Shown here in pieces: positions 1 through 12,400 of a DNA stretch of 64,000 nucleotides. The DNA is from Lingula anatina (taxonomy: Eukaryota > Animalia > Brachiopoda): contig CM120640.1 in assembly GCA_051362555.1 (NCBI GenBank), positions 43,440,788-43,504,787 of the forward strand, in the 5' to 3' direction. Every line of letters starts with the position of its first letter. Position 1 is the first letter of the stretch. Both the position numbers and the translations under genes were made by a program. Under the pieces are notes generated by a model. It was not told where the DNA came from. It saw nothing but the letters and a program-made list of their open reading frames with translations, and did not search any database.

Positions 1-721
1 AGGTGGCAACGGGGAGTCTCTGGAAAAGAATGTGCATGAAAATGATTTAAGAAAATGATTCATGCAAAAAGAAGAATCATCAATACTATTATTAACATAT
101 AGCAAATTCCCCTGGATTAAGTGTTACATTATTTGGGAGAAATGCTACAGTAGTACTAAAGCTAATGCCATGTACCTCCTGTTTAGCACAAAATTTTGTG
201 TGTTAGCATATGTATTTCTACTAGATAATAGATGTGCACAAATAGCACATATCTGACATATCAATACGATTACCAGTACTATTATAATTATTAAGAGTGC
301 TAACGCGTGAATCTTGGGCGGTCAATCTTGGATGCTACTCTGGCATGTACAGTGCTGTACAATCGAATCTAATCAAATTTCAAGTTCTACTGGGCCAGCT
401 TTATCAGAATAATGAAACAAATTTGCGAATAGAATATTACACGCTATTAATCACTGTGATGTATAAATGCTGAACAGGTGTATTGGGCCGGGTGTATTTC
501 AACTAAGGTAAGGCAACGCAGGGAGGCACACCTGTCACTTACACCGCTACAATGTACTAAACCCCTGCGTATACTGATCGATATTGTATCATATAAAAAA
601 CTTACTCCTCTCTGATTGCTGTCGCACCTATCACCATAAGCAACGTCACTGCGTTTACTAAAGGGAAACGAGAAAGGAAAAATAGGCAGGTCTTCAGCGC
701 CCAGTCTCGCCAGTCAGCCAT
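1..721 (-). CDS. TMEM101: TMEM101-like transmembrane protein, 5' part (exon 1 721-606; exon 2 starts at 19 and runs off the window)
   Basis: Minus-strand ATG at 721 gives MADWRDWALKTCLFFLSRFPLVNAVTLLMVIGATAIRE, then a GTAAG donor (605) and a TTTTCCAG acceptor (21-20) continuing in phase as EDSPLPP. It resembles the recalled human TMEM101 N-terminus (LLTRCPFW...LMLYAERAEARRKPDIPVP). Not in the ORF track. Confidence 0.6.
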
Positions 722-722
722 T

Positions 723-737
723 CCGGATATGACGTCA
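723..737. promoter_or_regulatory. Ets-like/CRE composite CCGGATATGACGTCA in the CpG-rich TMEM101/VPS18 divergent promoter region
   Basis: Perfect palindromic CRE TGACGTCA at 730-737 abutting CCGGAT, in a locally CpG-rich segment between two divergent genes. Confidence 0.45.
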
Positions 738-1435
738 AATTCAGGCACTTAGAGTTCAAGGACGGCTTTTGAGGAAGAGGAGGCAGAATGAGCTCGGGGA
801 GATAAATATCGGAGCTTTGACTTATTTTGTGCTTTGTTTGTGGGTAGACGTTTATTTATTTTTTGCACAGTGTCATTTTGCATATATTTTACTGAGTATA
901 TATTAACATAAAATATGCTCGCTTCCTAAAAGTTGCAGTAGGCTTTGACTTCTACCAGGTATACATTTGTACTGTACAAGTACTGTACTGAGTACAGTAA
1001 GAGAATGCATAAAGTGCGAACTCCTGAATTCCTTTCCCCAGGCAATTAATATTTTTCGTTAACTTGAAGTCTCAGTGAAAAGGAATAGGTATTTGGAATG
1101 GCACATTTAAGTGCTGTATACGATTCATTTTAGCGCCATGTTACCTCCAAATTTATAACTTTTTTCTCCATGGGGAATGGCATTTTTATCCCAACACCTT
1201 AGCCTTTTTCATGTCTAGATGAGCTTATAGTAGACTACATGTCCTTGGGGGAAGTCATTTGTGCAAACTCATGCTGGTGATTTGCCTTTCTTGTACCTTA
1301 ACTAGACAATACATCTTCACCTTTTGCCTTGCTGCTCAATTTAAATGTCACGGTGAATGATTCTTCTGTTATTGGAACTAGATTTTATAAATCTCCTGAT
1401 TTTTAATTTTCAGTTTAAAGCTGACAAGAACAAAA

Positions 1436-2470
1436 ATGGCCAGTCTTTTTGACCAGTATGAGCAAGCTTCATCTAAAAGCTACAGCACCTATAAGCCAGC
1501 AGAAGCTGTGTTAGAACCAGTGAGTATTCCTGAGCAAGGTTCATACTGTCTTTAGCATGTTTTGATAGGCATTAAATATTATTTTAGCATTAGGAAAAGA
1601 TATTATGATAAAACTTTGAGTGATAAAATTGTCAGTAAATACAGTGTATTCAAAAATGTGTGACATACTAAACATTTCTAGAAAATTTATTTATATATTT
1701 CCTTACTTCATTTCTGAGCGTGTGTGTGAAATATTAGACTAAAATTGTTTTTTAACACCAACATTACATAAACTAAAATAATCAATGCTGTAACATTAAG
1801 AGGTGATGAGAAAAAATGCAGGATAAGACAATATTTCGTTTACAGATCCAGACATCAGGGTTTATCTCTGCAAGCCTAGATGATGAAACTCCAATCTTCA
1901 GCAAACAGAGAATTAACTTCAGGTGACATTTTGTTGATAAGCAGTGAGACAGAATAATGAACAAAATGAAAGAAAAAAAACATATTCAAAATATTTTGTA
2001 ATGTTTTTCTTTTTTAAGAAGTGCTACTGAATGTTAGATATTTACTGTTACTTAAGCAATTGGTGTGATATGCATATGTTGTTGAATTTTTCTTTTTCTG
2101 TTGCAGTCCACCAGGCAGAGTAACCCACACTGTAGTATGTAACAACTTTCTGGTCATGGCATTGACTAATAATATGCTGCTAAGGATTGACTTAGAAAAC
2201 CCTGGAGCACCTGATGGTAATAGCCATTTAGAAATGATACAATTATAAAACTAAAACCTCTAGTGTTTGGGTTTTTTTTTTCAAAACTATTAAGTCTCAA
2301 ACCCCTGTCACTGTTGTAAAGTTAACATGATTTTCTTTTTCCTAACCCAGATGCTCCACTATTTACAAAATATCTAGGGTATCATTTCTGAGATTTTTAC
2401 CCAGTATTTCAAATTGCTAGAACTATTACTGAACTAGTTTGAATTGTTTGTAAGATGATTTTCAATATTT

Positions 2471-2511
<41 letters not shown>

Positions 2512-3357
2512 TCAGAGGTGGAAGTAACAAAACCAGGGACAGACAAAATACACGAAATCTTCTTGGATCCCACTGGCAGACATCTTTTAGTCAGCATGTC
2601 ATCACAAGAGAACTACTATTTATCAAGAAATTCAAAGAAACCTAAACTGCTGGGCAGAATGAAGGTTTGTCCAGTTGCATACCCATCATTTGAATTAAGA
2701 GATATGAAAGTTCCAATGACTTCACAGTCCGATGCTGAATGCTTTGGTGCATTTTGTATGTTGGATGCATATAGTGTAGTGTCTATTCGGCTAGAAGAGT
2801 ACTTGATAAATGTGGAACATTTTAACAACAGTTCAGCCTGTTCTTCGTAGTATTACTTACACTCACCTAAGCAGTTGTGCTAAATGAAGATTCACAGATG
2901 ATATGTGATAGCTTGTCATCCGAGTTTATTTAGGCGAGTTATTGTTAATAGAAACAGGATTTTAGGAATACTTGATTATGAAAAGAACATTTCTTCCACA
3001 TGAGAATGCAAGATGTTATGTTGGAAAGAAATTTTAAATAGACAGTACATTTTGTAGATAAGCAGTTCATTTATTCTTATAAAAATAATTTTCTAAGAAG
3101 TTTAGGAACAAAAGAAAAAAGATTAATTGATGTAATTCGAATTCATGTCTCTAGTTTCATATTTATTTTGAATAGGGTCACCAGATAGATTCAGTTGGCT
3201 GGAACCTCCAGAATACATCGGAAACCACCACTGGATCCATACTTTTGGGGACCAGCAAAGGTAAGTTTTACAATTTGTCTTCAAATTGTTAACAGTTCTT
3301 ATTTACCTCCAGTGAAAAGCCCTTATATTTGCTAGCTCAGAACTATGGAATGGCTAT

Positions 3358-3408
<51 letters not shown>

Positions 3409-6400
3409 CACTTTTCACTTTACCTTTTTGGCAATTGAAAGAAATATTTATCATATCTTATGTCATTTTTATACACAGTCTGACTGTTTGTCTAATGTGT
3501 TCTTCAGGTCTGATATTTGAGACTGAGATCCAGTCTGGAGAGGACAGCAGGTTCTTCCAAGCCACTCTGGAGCAGTATTGGAAACAGGTAATGAATATTG
3601 TCTGCACCCATGACAGGCTCATTATTGACTTGATGCTTTTCAAAGATAGAAGAGTGATAACAGATGGAAACTAATAATTTTTCACTTCCTTATAGACAAA
3701 ATTTAATTTTACTCACTCATTTTTCATTAAAATACAAAGGATATAGTATTTATGATATTGCAGAGAAGTGAATAGTAATACAAGTCTTTTTATGCCAAAC
3801 TCCAGGAGGAATTTTTTTGACAAAAATCAATGACTCTTTCTTTTATGCTTCTATAACATTTTTGCATGTTCAGGTCAGTGGAAATTCACTTTAATGACTT
3901 GAAGATTATATGGTGCATATTATGCTTAGGCAAAATATTTAGATTTGCCACTATTTCTTATCAGTTATATGCTGTTCTTTAGATAACTCATTCAGATGGT
4001 GATCAGGAGGTAATTATTATTTGATTATGGCACCTAATTTGATATGAATGGGTGAAGCTGGTGTTGTAAGTCTGTGCCATATTGTAGGATGTATTTTTTT
4101 GTAAGCCACTAGTACCCAATGTGTTACACAATGCTTAAAAAATAAAGAGAGAGAAGAAGAGCTGATCATGCTGTACCTCTGACCTTCCACATATGAAACA
4201 TGCATCATACCTGTTCCTTTTAGATATATTTGTAAAAATGTAGTCTTGTTTTCTATTGTTTTGTTATTTTACTTTTTTTATGAATTGGGGATCTTGATTT
4301 GAATTGTTTTATTTAATTCTTAGTTTTGTATTTGATTTATTTGTCATATTTTTATGATTTGTAAGTATAATTGGAGCATGTGATGATGGTGGAAAGTAAT
4401 TTTACTTATCTTCCACATGAAATTGAAATTACCTTTAATGTTTGAGATTTTTTCTTGTTTGATTTTATCAGATATATACATGAGTAATTCAGAATTAATT
4501 GAAGCCATGAAACACATATCAATTCATAGTACATAGTAGATTTTGTATTGATTGACAGTTAATCATTAATTCTTTAAAAAATTTAAAGCATGTTCATTTA
4601 TTATGTACAAAAGAAAGGTTAGTAGCTGAGGTAGTAATAGTTTGAGGTATCAATAAAACTCATTTGGCATTAAAGGCTAAACATAAATATTAAGTTTGGT
4701 GACTGAAATGATTTAAAAAAAAACAATTATACTATTTCATTGAAGAAGATCGTATGGCTGGCATTTCATGTTCTTTCTGCCATTATGTTGATTCTTTACA
4801 CATGAAAAGAATGCTATGCCTTAAAGTATTTTTTTTTTCATTCTAGTTGTTTAACCTTGGCAGGGACAGACCTGCCCATGTCACAGGTCTGGCATTTGAG
4901 AAGATTCCCAGTGGGTCTATGAATGAGTACAAATATTTTGTACTTGCAACCACACCAGGGTGTGTATTTAAAGAGGAATCATTTTCTCCATGTGACTGAT
5001 TTCTAAACCTTTGTTGTGGTGTTGATGAATTACTATATTTGTCAGCTTTAGCAAAATCCATCTGGTAATTTTTAAGTATAGATTTAAACAGCTGTTATTT
5101 GCAACCTTAACACATTCATTCTGTTAAGTCTGATTTTTAATAAGAGAATATGTTATTAAGATAAGTCATTTTTTGACAGAGGCTAACTATAATTGTTTAT
5201 GGAGGCTGATGGTCTTTTTTCAGACGGCTCTACCAGTTCCTAGGTAACATCCCAAGCTCCACTGAGCCTCCAATGTTTCAGCATGTATTTGAATCCTATC
5301 TTGATATGCCAGGTAGAAATGATTTACATCTCCAAGCATGTTATGTGTTATAATTACCATTTTGTGTCAGTCAGTATTTACATTCGTTATTATCATTATT
5401 TGCTGGTAAATGATTAGCTAACTTAATTTTATTAAATACAGTAAACCTTTGTTTAAAGTTGAGTTCTTTTTACTCTTATTATTTTTAGTAGTAGTTGACA
5501 GTTTTTTCAGCTTGTTTTGCCAAAATGTGTCCTTTACCATTTTGACACATTTTGTGTGGTTAATTTCAGAGAGTTTTCTGGAGTTGCCTGGCAATTTTGG
5601 CTACAGCAAACTTCAGCTGTATTACCCAAAATACAGAGGTCTTCCTACTTCATTTGCTTGGATGACAGGTGAGTTAACATTGAAGTTGCTGAGTATATAC
5701 ATTGCTAAAGAGATATAAGGTCATATATAGAAAAGCTTGTTACATATTGGATTTATAACATGAAAAATAGTTTGTAAATACAAGTTTCAAAACATACTTT
5801 TTAAAAAAAAAGTTCATTAGCTTACAATGTAAATCAGTGGTCAGTCATTTCCAATCTTTAAATAATGGACTATAATGTTTCTGTTTAAATATGACACAAT
5901 GCTTTGCCTTCTGGTTCCAGGACCTGGTATTTACTATGGCAAGATAAACCCAAATGCAACCAAAGATTCTGTCACAACAGACACAAAGCTTATGCCGTAT
6001 CCTGCATTGATGGTGATATATGCATATGAAATTAATGATGAACAGATTCAGTTGTGCTATACAAGGCATTTGCAAAGACAGCATACCTGGATAAAGTTTT
6101 TTTTTATTATATAACTATATTAGTGACTATTATATTTAAAGAAAAAATATTGTCCAACAACAAATAAGATATGTATTTAAGACTTACTGAACATTCTTTT
6201 CATTTCACTTAATTTGTCCTTAATTTCTGAAAGATATCCCAAAGATGATGAGAACAAGTCGAAACCTATTGATATTGTGCTTACAGAGTTCCATGTTCTG
6301 ATACTCTTCCCAGATAGGTGAGATTAGAAAAAAATTTGTGGTTGTGACATGAATAGGTTTCTAGATATGTTGAAACATGGTTATATAATGTTGTTTATCT

Positions 6401-9400
6401 GATCAATTTGTTCTTTGGTTAGCCTACTGAAGGGAAATGATAATTGTTTTATTAATTGATATGCCTAGGAAAGAATTAGTGGACTGTGTGACAAGAGTAC
6501 TGATATTTCTTCAAGTACCCTTTCATGCTCCTTGATATCTCTCGTGCATAATCTGTGTGTCATGATGTTTGCTTTGAGTATGAAGCCATTAATAAATATC
6601 ACAGCTCTTAGATCTCAATAACAAGCATTTGATCTCTGTTTTTAGGTTAAAAGCCATCTGTGTGCTCAATGAACAGCTGATATTTGATGATGTCTATGCT
6701 GAAGTGAGTAGCACCATTAGTCATATTAGGCAGTAGTTTTATTGCTCAGACTTCTAGGACAGCGATCAATTAATAGATGGTGGATATATGCTCTATCACT
6801 GAAGTAATACAAAAAGGAAAATTGGATGTTATTCTTCTTAATTTTAATTTTTCCAAATTCATCCATAGTAATTGCAAGCATGGTTTCATGGTTAGTCTTT
6901 ATTAACTTCAAACTTTAATTGTCATTCCAGAGACATGGGGTTCTTCAAGGTTTGTGCAAAGACCCTGTTCGAGGAACTATTTGGGCTTATACCGACCAGT
7001 CCATTTTCAAATACAAGATAACAAGGGAAACTAGGTTTGTACTAGTAACTATTCTAGACAAACAACTGAGGCTTATCCTTTTAACTAACATATGTTGTTA
7101 AGTTTGTAAGTTGCAAAATTAAACACTCATGGTCTTAATTTTTTCAGGGATGTTTGGCAGATGTTTCTTGACCGTGGGGAATTTGAATTGGCTATGAAGT
7201 ATTGTGAGGTGAATTTAAGTTATTTAACTTATATACTATGATCACATAGGCTTAATTTGGCAAATACTGAAAATTGTAGGCTATATCCTAATACTCATAC
7301 AACCTACCTGGTTTTTAGATATGAGTATGTTCTTAAAAGTCCCATATGATTTCTTTTTAGAAGACAAAGTTAGTAATAATTGCTAGAAGATGAATGATAT
7401 CTCTGTTGTAGTTGTCTAGATTGGAACTTGTTATTTGATAGATGTTATTATCACTCCTTTTCCAGGATAACCCAGCTAACAAGGACAAGGTGCTGACAAG
7501 ACAGGCAGAGCAGTTTTACAAAGATGGACAGTAAGTTTGCAATCATGATTTATATGCTACATGATATGAAATGGAACTTAAAATGCTATAGACACTATCA
7601 CATAGTGGAGCATTTCAATAAAAAAAAGATGGAAATTTGTCTTTAATTAACAAAGCAATTTCATTAATTTGTGTAAAATTGTTAATTATTTAAATTATAA
7701 TTGTATATTGCTGTCTTGCAAAATTTGCTAAATATAGATTTTTTGTTTTTAGTGAATTGAAAAAGAAATTATCCAAGTTCAATAATTTATGGAAATGGTT
7801 TATTATTATTATTATTTATTTTATTTATTTATTCATTCATTCATTCATTCATTCATTCTGCAGCTCTGTAAACCTTGGTTCACATTCCAGATATGAAAAG
7901 AGTGCCAAGCTGTTTGCTCTGACTCTCAACAACTCTTTGGAAGAAGTGGCACTTAAGTTCATTCAGACAGAACAGAAAGATGCACTCAAAGTTTATCTCA
8001 TAAGAAAACTGAAAGGACTTAAGGACGAGGTACTTAGAGTTTCATATTAATATACATTGACATCTGAGGTGGAACAAAAGAGACCTTCAAGAACCAGGAA
8101 GTAGATTTCATATTCTTATCCTAGATGTTGGGGCAGAAATATCATGCTTGATGAGACATCTCATGAAAAAAAGATATTTAGTGTATGATATTGATGGTTA
8201 CTGAATTTCTATATTATGAAATTGTTATTCTAAGGATACGTATATATCATATGTGTGTTTATTATCTTCAAACATCTTCAGCAGTTTAAGGACACCCTTG
8301 AGTTGATCTAATCATCATTCAACAATTCTGTTTCAGGACAAAACTCAGATCACAATGTTGGTAACATGGTTGACAGAGATTTATTTAAACCAGCTTGGTG
8401 AGCTAAAAGAGCAAGGACAAGATATGAATGAGGACTATGATGCTTTGCAAGATGAATTCAGAAAGTTTCTTGCTTTTAAGCGTGTGAAGGTACATTGTTT
8501 GGAAATGATGCTTTTTATTTCAATGAAAGGTTTAACATTGAAGCTACTTTACTTGGTCAGTTCATTATGTTATATTCTACAGAAGGCTGTATGTTTCATA
8601 AAAAAAGAGAAAAAGAAGTATCCCAAAGAATTGCTATGGTCAATCTGACATTATTTTTTCAGGATTGTGTTACACACAACCGTAATACTATCTATGACCT
8701 GATAGCTAGTCATGGGGATGTTGAGGATCTGATTTATTTTGCTACTTTAATGGAAGGTGAGGAAAAGAACACATAGGCTACTTTTTTAAAATCACTATTA
8801 AAAAAATTATTGGAAAAGATGAATTAAAAGTTAAAAAACTAAACCTAAACAATATTGTTTTTTTGCAAACTTATGTCATTGATAACATGACATATAAAAT
8901 CTGCCCAGGATTTTTTATTTTATAAATGTGGGTTTGTGTTTGTCAAATTGTCAGTTTGATTTTTTTTTCTACATACCATTACATGATTATTTACTTATTC
9001 TTTGCTTGTTTGTTTTGCAGATTTTGAAAGAGTAATTACACATTATGTTCAGCATGACAACTACAGGGAAGCTTTGGAGACGCTAGCAAAACATTGCACG
9101 GTAATGTTGTGGTTTCTGTCAGTGGACAGTTATAACATTTATTTGCATTTATGAAGCAGCAATAATGTATTATTATTTATTTGGATTTATACATCATCAC
9201 TGGCAACCTTAATTGACAAAATATTATGTCTTCATGTTTAAGTGATCACCCATGAACAAGTAACAGGGTAAATATATATATATTTTTTATCTTTTGCAGA
9301 ATGACACAGAATTGGTCTACAAGTTTTCACCATTGCTGATGCAGCATGTTCCTAAAGAAACTGTTGATGTTTGGATTCACCTTGGCAGACAGCTAGACCC

Positions 9401-12400
9401 CAAGAAGTTAATACCTGCTCTGGTGCAATATGACCATGAAAAGAGAAGGGAACAGGTATGTATACAGTGCTTGCCAACTCTGCTGGCACCTAATGGTAAT
9501 CAAAATGTTGTGATTTATGACTATGTTCTGCTTGCATTGGCTCTGGTAACTATGCTTCTAATAGACAATCAAGGAGTTAATGGTTATTAGAACTGTAAAA
9601 TCACACGTATTCACTCAGTAATTAATTGAAAATAGACCACTATGTAACTTCATATTATATTATCAGGTGTATTGCTGACAGAAATTATAGGTTTAAATGT
9701 CCTGATTAAAGTTGTATTTGATGTAAAGATAGTACTTTCAAAAGCAAAAAATGTTGGAAAGTATTTTCAGGGTGTTGTTCTGTTTTCAGGACAATGAAGC
9801 TATCAGGTATCTAGAATTCAGCATCACAACACTGGACAATAAAGATGAGGCGATTCATAACTATCTCCTGTCACTCTATGCCAAGTTGCAACCTGATAAA
9901 CTCATGGCATATCTTAAACTAGAAGGAGAAGTGAGTTCCTGTTTCTTTTATCTCTCTTAGCCCTAGTCGTTTGCTTTCAAATCATCAAAAATATGTTAAA
10001 ATACTGAAGTTTGATGTTTTATGCATGAGATAAATAGAAATAGTTCTCAGGCTAATCTGTACATTATTGCTATTGGCTTTCTTCTTCTTCTGTTGTTAGG
10101 ACCAGGAAGAAGTGAGCTATGATGTGAAGTATGCACTGCGGCTGTGTGCTGAGCATGATCAGAAGAGAGCCTGTGTCCACATCTACAGCACTATGGGCTT
10201 GTATGAGGAGGCAGTGGATTTAGCACTACAGGTCAGCAGTATTTCAAAGCATGTCAGATTGTGTGTGTGTGCTTAATTAATTATTTTAGTAATTTTATCA
10301 CAAACCCACATGCACTATAACAAGAAATTGCTAATGGAACTCTTCAATTTTTCCTCTTAGGTGGATGTGGATTTGGCCAAGCACAATGCAGACAAGCCAG
10401 AGGATGATTTGGAGTTGAAGAAAAAGTTATGGTTGAGAATAGGTACTTTGCATGCCCGTAGTTTTTGTATGTGGTAAAGATTAAGCTTGACTTTTGAAAA
10501 CATACAAGCATTTATATAAGCACAGATATGTATCACAAACTATGTGCAATGTTGAATATGTTCTGCAGATAATGATAGTGGAATGAAAACTGGTTCTGCT
10601 TGGTTTTAAAAAAAGAAACCTTTCTTTAACTTTTTCACTTTAGCTCGACATGTTGTAGAAGAAGAGAAAGACATTAAAAGAGCCATGGCATTCCTCCATG
10701 AATGTGATTTGTTGAAGATAGAAGATATTCTACCTTTCTTTCCGGATTTTGTAACAATTGATCATTTCAAGGTATGACTGGGATAATCATACTAATTAAG
10801 TGGAAAATGAGACTGCAAACCAAAAATTTGAAAGTTTGCCCTTTGTACTTATTATATATTTGAAGTTATCATATTTAAATGCAAAATGCTGTTAAATGTT
10901 GAACAGTTGACTTGACTTTTGGGAGCGGTGAAATAAAGGTCCAAGCTACATGCCCAAGAATATAAACAAGATTAAAGTGACCTACGTTATACTTTGACTA
11001 CATACTTTATGTTGTAGGATGCCATTTGCACCTCCCTGCAGGAATACAATCAGCACATTGAGAAACTGAAGGAGGAGATGGAAGAGGCCACACAAAGTGC
11101 CAAGGACATCAGAGGAGACATACAGAGCTTCAGAAACAAGTAAGGATTTATTTAAGTAAACATAATGTATAATAAATGTCTGTGAATTGTTTGCAGGTGT
11201 GATTTCCTTGTATAATGGGGCCATTGTAAATTGTTTAAATCTAAAAAAAATATAATTGAAGACAATTTTTCATTACAGATTTGCATTTGTAAAGGGCCAG
11301 GATAAGTGTTCTTCCTGTGGGTTTCCACTGATGACCAGAACATTCCATGTGTTTCCTTGCATGCATAAGTTCCACACAGATTGTCTTACTACTGAGGTAA
11401 CGTACCAGGCGTGTCATACTATTACTGGAGTTGTTTTCTCTAAAAGTATTTGCATTCCAGTGACTTGAACACTGTACTTGAGTTTACTGTGCTTACTACA
11501 GTTATGCTAGATCATTGAATAAAGGCTTTCCTTCTAATTTGAAGCATTGGAGTTGTGATGGAAACACATAATTTACTTAATTTTTTAAAACTCCATTTTA
11601 ATTTGTTTTGTCATTCTTTCAATTCCATTAAATGAATGAGTGAATTAAAACATTAATCCTGGGGAAACTTTTCAATGTTATGCAGCAATATTGAAGACAT
11701 TTTATCTACAAGAACGGCATTGTCCTCCTTGAAATACTTAACATGTTATCAAATTCAAAGTACTTCTTCTAAATTACACTTGTGTATGTAAAACAGAACT
11801 GGCCTTTTAGAAGAAAGTGTTGTATATTTTCTTACAGTTAAACATTTTAAAGTGAGTCGTAGCAATAAATTCTTAAAACCAAAGTTGTTTTTGTTATGAC
11901 ATTCAGGTATTGCCCCATCTGAGTACTACTAAAAGAACACAAGTTGAAGACTTGCAGAGAAAGTTGGCATCTTCCAAAGAAGATCCCACCATGGCCATTC
12001 CAGAGTTAAAACAAAATTTAACAGGTACACAGGCAGATCTTAGGGTGAGTGCAAAATTGCCTTTTATTAATTTTTTTAAAAACAAAATCGAAGATTCACA
12101 ATTTCTTATCTGAATTGGAAATAATCTGTATGGCGTGGAATGAAGAGGTTGGTATTAGAATAAAGAGTGGGAATGGTGATATACCCACTTAACTTAATGG
12201 CAAGAGCACTTTAGGTTGAGTAACACTTCATTATAAGAAGGCTGGTAAGCATAATTTTGTCATGCAAGCAGCTCTTAATTGGATTATTATTGCTAGTGAC
12301 AGTTATGTAAATACAATACAAATATGAAAACACTCCACACTGCAACTGTGTATTGTATAAAAGTTTTTGTATTATGTTAATGTGCCTGTATTGGTCTTCT

